A stretch of DNA of 64,000 nt. It comes from Felis catus. Its lineage: Eukaryota. Where the stretch lies: contig NC_058368.1 of assembly GCF_018350175.1 (NCBI RefSeq), positions 117,926,001 to 117,990,000 of the forward strand, read 5' to 3'. Positions 13,190 through 25,700 of the stretch are shown here, one piece after another. Made by a program: the position numbers and the translations under genes. Under the pieces are notes generated by a model. The model was not told the origin of the DNA and did no database searches. It saw nothing but the letters and a program-made list of their open reading frames with translations. Each line of letters starts with the position of its first letter. Position 1 is the first letter of the stretch.

Positions 13190-13790
13190 TTTTTTCAATT
13201 AACATACTTTATTTTTTGAAGCAGTTTTAGGTTGGGCGCCTGGGTGGCTCATTCGGTTACGCATCCAACTCCTGATTTTGGCTCAAATCATGGTCTCATG
13301 GTTTATGAATTCGAGCCCGGTGTCAGCCTCTGCGCTGACATTGTGGAGCCTGGTTGGGATTTTTCTCTCTCCCTCTGTCTGTCTCTCTCTCTCTCTCTCT
13401 CTTTTCCTCCCCCACTTGTGCTCCCTCTCCCTCTCTTTCTCAAAATAAAGACAGACAGACAGACAGACAGATAGATAGATAAGCAAGCAAGCTGTTTTAG
13501 GTTTATAGAAAAATGAGCAGAAAATACAACGTTCCCACATTATCTCTCTTCCAGCCCATGCCCCGTATTAACATTTAGCATTAGTGTAGTATGTTTGTTA
13601 CGATTGATGAGCCAATATACATACATTATCGTCAGCTAAAGTCTGTAGTTTACATTAGGGTTCTCTCCGTGTTGTATATTTTGTGGGTTTTGACAAATGT
13701 CTAATGACCTATATCTGCTGTTACAGAATGGTCTCCCTGCCCTCAAAGTCTCCGTGCCCTACCTCTTCATCCCTTCCTCCCTCCCTGGTG
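13190..13790 (-). mobile_element. L1MC-like 3' end, interrupted by a Can-SINE (+, 13234-13450) with (GACA)n(GATA)n tail
   Basis: gcagttttaggtt...gaaaaatgagcagaaa...tttgttac.attgatgagccaata. SINE TSD aagc(a/t)gttttaggtt at 13219-13233 and 13489-13503. Confidence 0.75.
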
Positions 13791-13839
13791 AAATGTCGTT
13801 TGTAACATTCACAGTTATTTGTAGTTCAGCTTTCAGAGA

Positions 13840-14389
13840 TGTGGGGGAGGAAAAATAATTTCCCTCTACTCTTCGAGGTTTTTGGCAGAGATACTCCTCC
13901 AATAATAATTTTTAAAAGAGGATTACCAAGAGAAGAACAAAAGTGTAATAACATATAGCCCTTTTATCTGCATGAGAGACACCCAGGAAAATCTGGTAAC
14001 TCTCCAAAATGGCCCAGGCCATCACCTTAAATGCCATCTTTGGCTAAAGACAAAAGAAAGGTGTTAGGGGTGGTGGGGGAAGGCCACTTATGGAAGGTCA
14101 CCAGGAAAGCACAGTAAATAAGCATATGGTTGTTATGAAGATTTAAATCATTGCCTTCGCCACCATTAAGAATTTCTAGAGATTTGGACATCACCCTCTC
14201 CTGGTACAGCAAGGGAGACAGCCTTACAAATGGGGATTTCCCGTATCCGTGTAAATGTTTGTTACAAAAGTAGAACCTTCCACCAGGTTTTCAGAGCATC
14301 TCCTGTGTTTGTGGTTTCTTAAAAAGAAGCAGCTTAGATTAATCCTTATGCCAAAGGGCATATTTTGGGGTGACAAATTCTCCCCCTCA
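13840..14389 (-). mobile_element. 3' LTR of provirus
   Basis: tgtgggggaggaaaaataatt...caaattctccccctca, homologous to 20964-21789. Confidence 0.85.
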
Positions 14390-14916
14390 CTCCTTTCTTT
14401 TAAACTTTAAACTAGAAGTTTCACCGTCCAGAAGCTAAATTGATAGACTGCTCCCTATCTCACTGCACCAGTCACTCTGTCCTGAGATTAGGTCAGTTGA
14501 GTCAAACAGTTGTGTCACATTTCAGGAAGCGATGATGCAACTAGACTGCCAAAGTTAGGCCTATATTGTGTGAGAAATCAGGAGTTTAATAATATATTTC
14601 TGTGCATACAAAAGAAAAACAAGTGTTAACGATTGGAGTAAATTGGACCAGTCTGAGTCCTAAGGGCAGTCAGTCAAGATTTCTAGATGTCAGGCTCAAA
14701 ACATCTTTGGCAGTTTGACCATCTGCGATGGTCCCTGGGCGTTCAGATAAACTTTCTGAGTGGCCCATGCAGCAGCAGACCTGAAAATTGTCTAAAAGTA
14801 TGCTGGTGTGGCATTTGCTCTGAGGTTTAGGTCAAGTCATTTTACCTCCGGGTTGCAGGGCTTTGGGGAAAATGGTGGTTTTTGGACTCAGTGATTGCAG
14901 TCAAAGAGGTGAGAGA

Positions 14917-15140
14917 GGGGCGCCTGGGTGGCGCAGTCGGTTAAGCGTCCGACTTCAGCCAGGTCACGATCTCGCGGTCCGTGAGTTCGAGCCCCGCGTC
15001 GGGCTCTGGGCTGATGGCTCGGAGCCTGGAGCCTGTTTCTGATTCTGTGTCTCCCTCTCTCTCTGCCCCTCCCCCGTTCATGCTTTGTCTCTCTCTGTCC
15101 CAAAAAAATAAATAAACGTTGAAAAAAAAAAAAAAAAAAA
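14917..15140 (+). mobile_element. Young feline Can-SINE (SINEC_Fc-like)
   Basis: CpG-rich near-consensus body, pure A tail, perfect TSD AAAGAGGTGAGAGA (14903-14916, 15138-15151). Confidence 0.95.
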
Positions 15141-15521
15141 GAGGTGAGAGAAAGTTCAAAATGTTAGTTTGGAGACTTGTAGTCAGATATTTGAGGAAAC
15201 TCCAGTTCAGGATTTGGTCCAGTTGACAGGTAAAAAATGGAAACTTCAAAGACAATTGGCTGGAGTATGTAACCACAAGTGTGTATTATGATTTCTAGTG
15301 CAACATAACTTCGCTTTCTAAAATGAACATCACTTCTACCAAAGATGGCCAAATTGAGACTGATTTCTTTGCAGAATAAGTCTAGTCTCAATAGACTTGG
15401 CCTAATTATTTACATAAATGCAGCAAGCATAGTGCTGGACCATATAGGCTTCTTTAAATCTGCTTTGCTGGAACTTTTCATAAGGACTCTCAGATCAAGC
15501 TTTTAAAAGCCTCTCCATGCT

Positions 15522-15733
15522 GGGGCGCCTGGGTGGCTCAGCTGGTTTGCATCCAACTCTTGGTTTTGGCTCAGGTCATGATCTCAAAACTCGTGAGTTC
15601 AAGTCCTGCATTGGGCTCTGTGCTGACAGGGTGGAGCCTGCTTGGGATTCTCTATCTCCCTCTCTCTCCGCCCCTCCCCCTCTCTCTATCTCTCTCTCTC
15701 AAAAATAAATAAATAACTTAAAATAAAAATAAA
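15522..15733 (+). mobile_element. Can-SINE
   Basis: Head/CT/A-tail structure, TSD aaaagcctct(c/t)catgct. Confidence 0.9.
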
Positions 15734-15897
15734 AGCCTCTTCATGCTAAGAAACCAAGTCAAGGACTCACTATCAGATTTTGCCTGTAGTACCTATAGAT
15801 TTGGGTGAATTTTTCCCTTCTCAAGGTCCCCAAAATATCCTGAGTTTCCTGCATCTGCCCAGAAGTGACCTTCCTTACTCACCTACTTAGGATCCTT

Positions 15898-16855
15898 TTT
15901 TTTTTTTTTTAATATGAAATTTGTTGTCAAACTGGCTTCCATACCACATTCAGTGCTCATCCCAACAGGTGCCCTCCTCAATGCCCATTACCCACTTTCT
16001 CCTCCCTCTCACCCCCCATCAACCCTCAGTTTATTCTCGGTTTTTAAGAGTCTCTTATGGTTTGCCTTCTTCCCTCTCTGTAACTTTTTTTCCCCTTCCC
16101 CTCCCCCCATGGTCTTCTGATAAGTTTCTCAGGATCCACATAAGAGTGAAAACATATGATATCTGTCTTTCTCTGTATGACTTATTTCACTTAGCGTCAC
16201 ACTCTCCAGTTCCATCCATGTTGCTACCAAAGGCCATATTTCATTCTTTCTCATTGCCATGTAGTACTCCATTGTGTATATAGACCACAAGTTTCTTTAT
16301 CCATTCATCAGTTGATGGACATTTAGGCTCTTTCCATAATTTGGCTATTGTTGAAAGCGCTGCTATAAACATTGGGGTACAAGTGCCCCTCTGCATCAGC
16401 ACTCCTGTATCCCTTGGGTAAATTCCTAGCAGTGCTATTGCTGGGTCATAGGGTAGAGCTATTTTGAATTTTTTGAGGAACCTCCACACTATTTTCTGGA
16501 GCAGCTGCACCAGTTTGCATTCCCACCAACAGTGCAAGAGGGTTCCTGTTTCTCCATATCCTCGCCAGCATCTATAGTCTCCTGATTTGTTCATTTTGGC
16601 CACTCTGACTGGCGTGAGGTGATATCTGAGTGTGGTTTTGATTTGTATCCCCCTGATGGGGAGCGACGTTGAGCATCTTTTCATGTGTCTGTTGGCCATC
16701 TGGATGTCTTCTTTAGAGAAGTGTCTATTCATGTTTTCTGCCCATTTCTCCACTGGACTATTTGTTTTTTTGGGTGTGGAGTTTGGTGAGTTCTTTATAT
16801 ATTTTGGATACTAGCCCTTTGTCCAATATGTCATTTGCAAATATCTTTTCCCATT
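15898..16855 (-). mobile_element. 5'-truncated feline LINE-1 (ORF2 C-terminus + 3'UTR)
   Basis: ORF 16241-16753 is the L1 ORF2 C-terminus ([31 protein letters not shown]). Poly-T and 14-bp TSD TACTTAGGATCCTT (15884-15897, 16856-16869). Confidence 0.95.
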
Positions 16856-17207
16856 TACTTAGGATCCTTATAAGCAAGGTTCCAGGCTCTTTTTCTTTAT
16901 TGGCTCTTATCAAGTCAGCCTTCGTTTCTTAAAGCTGTCTGGCAGATCTGATTCTATGCACATTCTCAAATCTCACTTTGCAGTCAAAGCCTTGATAATA
17001 TAACCAGTGTTTCCAGTTGTGTCCTGTTATAAGGAGAACTGATTGTTACTGAACTTATGCAAATAAATATATTGCCATGAAAATAGGAATGCTGAGAGTC
17101 TCCAAATTCTGGAGGGATCAGGTAGGGAGGAAAAGAAATTGTTTCATTCTTGTTTACTTTACTAAATTGCTGTAAGTCATAATTAGCTTAAGAGAAGATA
17201 ATGTCCT

Positions 17208-17316
17208 AGGGCATCTAGGTGGCTCAGTTGGCTGAGTATCCAACTTGATCTCAGGGTCATGAGTTCAAGCACTGCTTTGGGCTCCACACTGGGTGTGAAG
17301 CCTACTTTAAAAAAGA
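17208..17316 (+). mobile_element. Short/old Can-SINE
   Basis: gggcatctaggtggctcagttgg...gagttcaagc...aagcctactttaaaaa. Confidence 0.75.
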
Positions 17317-17638
17317 GAGAAAATAATTCCCTTCAATCTGGAAAAATAAAACATTAAAGAACCAGCAGTATTTCCTACAAAAAAAGTTATCATCCTCATC
17401 AGTTCTTTCAGTTATTAATGTTATTAATTATTCTGTTTGGATGTAGTTTTTCCATGAGTTCTGGAAATTCTTACCCAGTTTACTTTTATGATCTTAAAAG
17501 TTATCTAAAGCCTGTGCTTGCCACAGCCCTTTCCATGAATCTCCTTGAAGATGAAGCACTTCTACAGGAACACTTTTGCAAAAGCACCACAGTAAAACAA
17601 TCATTGTAAATGACAAGACTTAAAAATGTCCATGCCTA

Positions 17639-17858
17639 GGGGCGGCTGGGTGGCTCAGTCAGTTGAGCGTCTGACTTCGGCTCAGGTTATGATCTCGCGG
17701 TCTCTGAGTTCAAGCCCCGCGTCAGGCTCTGTGCTGACAGCTCAGAGCCTGGAGCCTGCTTCAGATTCTGTGTTTCCCTCTCTCTCTCTGCCCCTCACCC
17801 GCTCATGCTCTGTCTCTCTCTCTCTCTGTCAAAAATAAATAAAAACATTTAAAAAAAT
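17639..17858 (+). mobile_element. Can-SINE
   Basis: Typical structure, TSD aaaaatgtccatgc. Confidence 0.9.
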
Positions 17859-18626
17859 GTCCATGCATAAAGATCTGAAGAGTTCATCATAATGCATGGG
17901 ACAAGGAAATGTGCTGATTAATTCAAAATAATAACTAGAATTCTGACTGATAGAATTATACCAGGACCTACAGGACTTTCAGAAATGTCATACAATTTCT
18001 GGAATGCTTATATACATATGCAGATGTGACATAAAGAAGTCTTAGTATTACTTTCTTATTTGACAATGCTTCTTCTGCAGTTTAACATATTAAATAAGCA
18101 TAATTAGTTTGACATCTCCCCCTTTTTAACAAAGAGAACAAATCTTTAGAGATGATCCAAGGACCTTCTGAAAAATCCCAAAGTTAGTCAGAGGTCAAGA
18201 AGACTTCATTTAGAATTTGATTTGGGGAAGTTTATCAAAAATATCAAAAGGTTTGGACACCTGACTAAACAGAATTACAGATCATTATGAAACAGTAATT
18301 ATCCATTTAACCAAAGTGACAGAAGATTTTAAGGGAAAATACAGAAGGTTATATGGTTATAAGCAAAAGTTAGCTTTTTTAATATTGAGAAGACCCAGTT
18401 TTCTTAATTAAAGACCTGATAAAGATAACATTGAAGCACAGGAAATCATTTTGGCAAGACACAAAATCTTTGATTTTTAGGCAGATTACTTAAAAGGTAA
18501 AGAAAAACCTTTTATGATCTCTTATCAGGAGCAGACCTATAGTCCAAGAAAACTTTATCCTTTTAGCAAATGAAAGTGAAATTCCAGTTTTACATAACTA
18601 CACGATTGATATTAAATCTTATTTAA

Positions 18627-18878
18627 GGGGTGCCTGGGTGCCTCAGTCAGTTAAGCATCCAACTCTTGATTTCGGCTCAGGTCATGATCTTGTGGTTCCT
18701 GAGATCAAGCCCTGATTTGGGTTCTGCACTGACAGAGTGGAGCCTGCTTGGGATTCTCTCTCTCCCTTTCTCTCTGCCCCTCCCCGGTGCATGCATGCAT
18801 GTGCACGTGTGCGCACACAGTCTCTCTTTCTGTCTCTCTTTCTCAAGATAAAGAAACCGTTTTTAAAAAGAAAAAAAT
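18627..18878 (+). mobile_element. Can-SINE
   Basis: Typical head, body and tail. Confidence 0.9.
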
Positions 18879-19789
18879 CTACATCACAAAGGCATAGAGA
18901 AAGTATCCAAATGTTTTCCAAGGAGTTTGGGGGTGTTTTCTTTATCAGAGGTATGAAGTAATTACTACTTAAATTTTTCCTTTTTTTTTTTTAAAGCATA
19001 GGGCAATTCTGTTTTGTAGTATCTCAGTATCAATAGCATTTTAGGATGAATAAGGGAGCTTTGGGGATTGATAAGGATAGGTGGACTTCGAATTGTGTCT
19101 AGAACCACAGTTCCAGTTTTGTAGACCTGCAAGTCAAAGACAGTTGTTTCTAATTCCTCAGAGAATCAGGTTTTTAGCCCAAACATCAAGAGGAGGATGC
19201 ACCCATCCAACTAAACTTTGCTTCTTTTACCAGGGAGATTTCCACATTCTAGAAATTTAGGGTTTAATGCAGTGCACCTTTAAAAAGTCTAAAGCATTTA
19301 ACAGAGGCCTTGTTTCTGCACAGTTCAATCTTGGACCAATTTACCTATCAGGGAAAACCTGTATTGCTTCTATCAGTCCCTGAATATCCACTTCCAGGTG
19401 ACCAATTTCCTGATAATTTACAGTAAGTCCTGGGAAGAATTCTGGTCGTCTGTTTCTTTGTGAGGGGGTAGTTTCCCCAGGGAGCTGTCTGGCTTGTCTG
19501 ATAACCACAGTATAAATCATGTGTGGCAAGAATACTCTTTTACAGCCAATCGAGGTTCCTCTGAGTGGGATTGTAAATGTTTACTGCTCTAAATGTTCTG
19601 TTAATTTGGTAGGATCATCTCAAAGTGAAGGCAAAAAGGACTTTCTAATTTCATCTGGTTAAATAATTCCTTATGGCTAGCCACCTTTGTGTTCGTGTGT
19701 GTGTGTGTGTGTGTGTGTGTGTCCTCTTTTCAATTTGATTTTTCCATAGGCACCATTAAGATAATTGTTTAGAATGGGAGAGCTCTCTA

Positions 19790-19998
19790 GGGGCGCCTGG
19801 GTGGCTCAGTCGGTTAAGTGGCCACTTTGGCTCAGGTCATGATCTCGCGGTCCGTGAGCTCGAGCCCCGCGTCAGGCTCTGTGCTGACACCTCAGAGCCT
19901 GGAGCCTGTTTCAGATTCTGTGTCTCCCTCTCTCTGACCCTCCCCTGTTCATGCTCTGCCTCTCCCTGTCTCAAACATAAATAAAACGTTTAAAAAAA
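19790..19998 (+). mobile_element. Can-SINE
   Basis: Typical structure, long TSD tttagaatg(g/a)gagagctctcta. Confidence 0.9.
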
Positions 19999-20963
19999 TT
20001 TAGAATGAGAGAGCTCTCTAAGTTTTTTCAAGTATAGACGTTTGTTTAATAGAAAGGATCCATCATCTGGTCACTGATGAGTAGGATCTTATATGAATCT
20101 CAATAGCAGTTCAAACTAAATGCCTTCTTATGGTTTACCCATGGATGCAAGAGGGAATGTAAAAGATGCAACCCCCACAAGATCCAGAAAGTGTACTCCC
20201 AGAGTTAGCCTAAGAAGGCACAGATCTTTGTTGTCACGGGCAATAAGGATGGTGTAGTTGAAACAGTGTCTCTGGTTTCCCATGCAAATGTGAGATGCCT
20301 TCAGTCCCAGACCCACTGATCTGTGACGCTGGATGGGCACTACTGGAATGGGACTTTTCCAGCAATAACAAGACAAGGAAGGTTGAGATGATAAGGACCC
20401 CTTATGACAAACTCCCCTGAGAACTGTCACAGTTGGACAAAGAGAATTCCGCTTCTCAGATCCACAGGCTGTTCGGCTGCCCGCCAGATACGTGCTGGTA
20501 CATGTATCCTCTGGCTGGTAGAGACTGGGAAGGATATTCTTACTGGCTGCAAAGCAAAGACCTGAAGACATAGAACAAGACGAAAGGAAAAACCTCATCA
20601 GACCTATGGTGCTGCTCTTTATCTAAACAACACAGAAGACAGAGGCAAAAGAAAACAATGACCATCTCTGGGAGGAAGAGGATCAGTAGCAAACAGGAGT
20701 ACTTGTAACAGATTTTTAGGAGATTAGCTATCCCCAAGGAACTAGTTCATACAAATATTTTCCCTTGCTGATGTCAATGTAGAAAGGAAGAGGCAAAACA
20801 TTGTTACCTTTCTCTTGACCAGGTACTGCAGAGTGAGCTCCAGGGGAGCTGGCTTTGTTAAGAATTCTTACCCTTCATGACTTCTGCCAGTTTTCTAGGA
20901 TTCCTTCTGGAGGCCGCAAAATGAGTACGGTGTATCAGAAAGTCCCATAGGGGACACTAAAAC

Positions 20964-21789
20964 TGGGGGAGGAAAAATAATTTTCGTTCTACCCTTCTAG
21001 TTTCTTGGCTGAGACGCCTTTGTAATAAAAAGACAGATTATGGGGCACCTGGGTGGCTCAGTCGGTTAAGCGTCCGACTTCAGCTCAGGTCACGATCTCA
21101 CGGTCTGTGAGTTCGAGCCCCGCGTCGGGCTCTGGGCTGATGGCTCAGAGCCTGGAACCTGCTTCCGATTCTGTGTCTCCCTCTCTTTCTGCCCCTCCCC
21201 CGTTCATGCTGTGTCTCTCTCTGTCTCAAAAATAAATAAACATTTAAAAAATTTTTTTTTAAAATAAAAAGATTAGCAGGAGAAAAACAAAAGTTTAATA
21301 ACATGTAGCCCTCCTGTGTACGTGAGAGAGACCCAGGAAAATCAAGTAACTCTTCTTAAAAGAGGCCATCACCTTAAATACTTTCTCCAGCTAAAGACAA
21401 AAAAATATATATATGTTGGTGGAGGCCACCAGGGAAGCACAGTGAACAAGCATATTGTTGTTAATGAAGATTTAATTCTTTGCCCTCTCCGTTGATAAGA
21501 ATTTCTAGGGATTTGGTCATCCCCTTTTCCTTGTACAGTGAAGGAGACAGCCTTACAAATGGAAGTTTCTCTTTTCCTTGTAAATGTGTCTTACAAAAGG
21601 GTAACTTCTGCCCATTGTTTTTTTGTTTGTGATATAATTTATTGTCGAGTTAGCTAATATACATTGTATACAGTGTGCTCTTGGTTTTGGGGGTATCTGC
21701 TCGGTTTTTAGAGCTTCTCTATCTGCAGTGTCTGAAATACAACTAATGCTTATGCCAAAGGATTGGGCAACAGATTCTCTGCCCCTCCA
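20964..21789 (-). mobile_element. 5' LTR of provirus, containing a Can-SINE (21042-21262, +) and a short L1 3' tail (~21617-21695, -)
   Basis: tgggggaggaaaaataattt...gacagccttacaaatgg...gcccctcca, colinear with the left LTR apart from the insertions. Confidence 0.85.
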
Positions 21790-21994
21790 GAGCCTTTATC
21801 CTTCGTCACCTTGTCTCCTGCCCCCTGTCCTCTGGCCACACTGTATTGCTCCTGCCCTCTGAAACTGTGTGCGGCCCCTACCTGACTGCTCCTCCTGCAG
21901 GCACACTCAGCTGTCACCTTCTCTCTGAAGCCTTTTCCTGGTCTAATCTACACTCCCCAACAGATTCATGGTCCCTTCCTCTATGTGGTTCTTT

Positions 21995-22151
21995 TTTTAT
22001 TAAAAAATTTTTATGTTTATTTTTTACACGAGAGAGAGACTGAGCATGAGCAGGGGACGGACAGAGAGACAGAGATAGTGGTTCTTTTTTTTTTAAAGAT
22101 AACTTTTTCACTTTTTATATTATTTATTTATTTTTAAATGTTTATTTTTGA

Positions 22152-22197
<46 letters not shown>

Positions 22198-22330
22198 TAA
22201 TGGGTGGGGGAGAGCCAGAGAAAGAGAGGGGACAGAGGATCTGAAGCAGGCTCTGTGCTGACAGCAGCAAGACTGATGCAGGGCTTGAACTCACAAAGGC
22301 TTAACTGACTGAGCTGCCCAGGTGCCCCCC
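21995..22330 (-). mobile_element. Two Can-SINE pieces in tandem (one truncated, one internally deleted) with (GA)n
   Basis: Two poly-T/(GA) tails and one reverse head ...gagctgcccaggtgcccc. Confidence 0.8.
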
Positions 22331-22568
22331 TCTATGTGGTTCTTATGTTAATTTATTCACGTGCAACAGATATTTAGGGAGCATCTTTTGCATGCCAGTC
22401 AGGGTGCTGGTGCTAAGGATCTGGTGGGGACACATGACGATGAAGCCCAGCTCTCAGATGATTGAAAGTTCTTCAAAGAAACTAAAACCAACTGAGGTGC
22501 TGAAAGAAGCCAGTGTAGTCAGGGAAGGGCTCTTGGAGGAGGAGACATTTATGAAGGGGCTAGAGTAG

Positions 22569-22792
22569 AGGTGCCTGGGTGGCTCAGTCAGTTAAGCATC
22601 TGACTCTTGATAACGGCTCAGGTCTTGATCTCACGGTTCATCCAATCAAGCCCCGCGTCAGGCTCTGTGCTAAACTTGGAGCCTGCTTGGGATTTTCTCT
22701 TTCCCTCTCTGTCTGCCCTTCCCACACTCACCTTCATGTTCTCTCTCTGTCTCTGTCTGTCTGTCTTTCAAAATAAATAAACTTAAAAAAAC
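22569..22792 (+). mobile_element. Can-SINE
   Basis: Typical structure. Confidence 0.9.
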
Positions 22793-25700
22793 AAAGGGAC
22801 TAGGGGGGAGGTATTAAAGGTGGGAAAAGCAGCAAGTACAAGGTCACAGAGCACTGCATGCAAACCTGAGGAAACAGGCAGCTACCTCATACTCTTGGAA
22901 GAGAGCAGGCAGCCCTCCAGCCTGCGTTCTTCTGTGCATGCCTGGTGAGCAGCGCAGGTCAGGGATACAAGAGAGAATAGTGAGACTGGGCAGGCCTGTC
23001 CCCGGTGGGGCAGAGTTGGTGGGGGGGCTCCTGCGCTTCCCGGCAAACACACTGTCCCCTCATTCTCCCAGCTGGGCGCTGACGGCTTTGTTTGCTAAAG
23101 CGTTTGAGCCCTTGATACCAAACCCCAATTACCTGAGAGAAGGCTATTGCCTCTTTAAAGAGTTCAAAAGCCCAGACTTTTTATAAATAGCTCTGGCCTT
23201 TCACCAGCTCCTAAGACTGCGATTTATGGCCCGCTTCCCCAGAGGCAGACGGACCAACAGACAGGTTACTTCCCTTGGAGCCAGGTTCCTACAATTGTGG
23301 GATGCTCCCGCTTCCTCTTTGCATTTTATGACCTCCTGGCAGCTAATCCTGAAATGGGTTCCACGGGAAGGAGGTGGATCGTTCAGGGCTGCAGCTGCCT
23401 CGGAAGCCAGAGGCCCACCAGACTCAGGAAAGAACTGGCAGGCAGCAGGGAGGCCCAGGCAGCCTGGCCTCTTGGCCGTGGCTGGCTCCTCTGGTTCCCG
23501 GCCTTTCCCCCAACACGATACCCAGAGTAAAGTCCTTAGGGTGACTGGTCAGCGGGGGGTATCTGCAGCAGAGGGACAGACGGAAAAAAACCTCAGTTCC
23601 TAATCTCTTAAGGTAGTGGGGCAATGTGGCAAGAATGAGAAATTTTGCTTGTCATGTAAACACATCACTCTTTCGGGGCATGTGCATATTCCTTATTGCC
23701 TTTAATTACACAGCTCCAGTTGGTCTCATGACATCTGTGTGACAGACGAGGAAACTGAGGCAGAGACAAGTCCAGGTTACACAGCTAAGGAGTGCCAGGT
23801 ATGGATTCTGATCTTGGCTTCAAATGCTGGGTTGGGGTCAGAGGCACCGAGAGCAGTGGGAGGTCAGGAAAGAGAGTGGCCTTTGGGAGAGGGTGGTCAG
23901 CTTTGAAGAAGGGGAAGGGGTTGTAAGAGAGGATGCGGTAGAAAAGGCAAAGTCTGTCATGGGACAGCGACATTGGACTGGACCAGAGCGTGGGGAGGCA
24001 CAAGCACCCTGATATCTCTCTGTAGGTCTTTTCCGTGGACCCCCAGCCTCACCTTTTCTGCAACCTTTTCTCTAGTTGCTCACCTCTCACCCTGATGGGC
24101 GCGGCAGTGGTCGGGAGCAAGGGCTGAGAGTTCAAACCCCTCCTACCAGCCATGGGACTTTGAGCAGATGGCTTAACCTTTCTTACCTCCTTTTCCTCAC
24201 CTCTAACATGAGCTTGATAATGACGGACTGGGGTGAACACAATGATAGCTTGACGATTGTTGCCCCAGTCAGTGTTTCTCGTTCTGAAGTACAGCTCCTA
24301 ACTCGTCATTTGCTCTGCTCAAAAAATCAAGACTGAGCATGTTATTTTGGTTATGAAGGCCCTGTGAGGTCTGATCCTAAAATCCCCCACGGCCAGACCA
24401 TCTTTAGACGGTTTGAAATCCTCAGAGGATGGGGATCTACTGCATTCATGGCCCGTGACACAGTGGAAAGAACATCAGGTTGGGAGTCAAGACAGGCCAG
24501 TGTTCAAATTCCAGCTCTTGCAGTGGTCCCGCGTGCAGGGGAAACTAACCTCTGCAGCCTTGCCTGTAAGGAGTGGGGTCTTTCTCCACTGGCTGCTCTG
24601 AGAGTGTGGCATCACGTGCTTTGCCTTCTGGGCCACTGTGGGTGCTCCTTCAACGTGCCCCCTTATCTTCCTTTCAGTGATGTATTCGTTTCATGCCATC
24701 TATATGAAAGTGGCTCTGCTACAAAGTCATCAGGAAGGAGCTCACCAGCAGGACACACACAGTGGCCTTGCATTCAGCTTTCCCACCATGGCCATGTCTT
24801 GTTCCCCCACCCAGATGGCCAGGCTTTCCCAGGGTAGGCTCCATGTCTATCTTGTTCATCCCAGATCCTGGCCTGATGAGTAGTCAGCACTCAATAAATA
24901 TTTACTGGACAAATTAAGTATTGAAGAGAGGCCTTGAGCACCGTGTTCAGTGTCCAGGAGGTATGTTTGAAACATGCACTTTGAATCTCAAGGGCCTCAG
25001 AAAGTAAATTCATGCTCCTAAGAATATGATAATGAATTAGAATCGGCAGGTAAGTCACAGCCATGGGGTAGCAATGAATAATGAGCATGTCTACAGTAAA
25101 AAAAAAGGGGATTCCTTGTGTGAGCAGCTCTCCTTAGCTCTGTTCTGGACCTCCTGGCTCAGGGGTCCCTCTCCCTCTGGGGAGAGGCACTAACGTGTTA
25201 CAGTGTGCCTACTATGTCCTCTATCCTTGGCATTTTATAGCCACTGTCCCTGTTAATCTCAACACCAACGCTGTAGGTTAGAATTCGGATCTCCATTTTA
25301 CAGATGAGGAAATTAAGGCAAAGAAAGGACAAGCAACCCACCCATCTAGGTTACTCAGTCAGCGGGCAGTGGAGCTATGACCTGAACCTGAGCAAGACCC
25401 AGCCCCCAAACCCATGGTCTTCGGACTAGCCCACACTTCCTACCTTGGCCAGGTTAGCCCACTGTGCCTTTCAAACTGCACATCTATCGTTCTTTTCTTG
25501 GCACCCATTTCCCAGACTAGCAGGACCACTTTTGAAAGACTAGACCAACTCACCAGAGTGTGTTTCCAGCCTTGGACAAGCCCAAACTGCTCTGTGTGCT
25601 GGCAGCACTGGTCTGCGTGCTTCCGATAGTCCCCGAAGGGGGTTGAAACTCAGGGCAAGTGGAAACTTCCCCCAACGTGGTGTTCAGAGATGGAATTTTT

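Larger units (their letters stand above)
13840..21789 (-). mobile_element. ERV1-like (MER4-group-like) provirus with two LTRs and a non-coding/decayed interior
   Basis: Two diverged direct repeats, TG...CA bounded. A polypurine tract (AAAAGAAAGGAG on minus) abuts the left LTR and a degenerate PBS-like sequence abuts the right LTR. 4-bp flanks GAGA/GAGC. Confidence 0.8.

Noticed and set aside
16241..16753. 170-aa ORF as a host gene
   Set aside because: Truncated L1 ORF2 fragment with the CCHC knuckle mutated (C to Y).
20128..20598. 156-aa ORF in the ERV leader region as gag
   Set aside because: No recognisable MA/CA/NC motifs.
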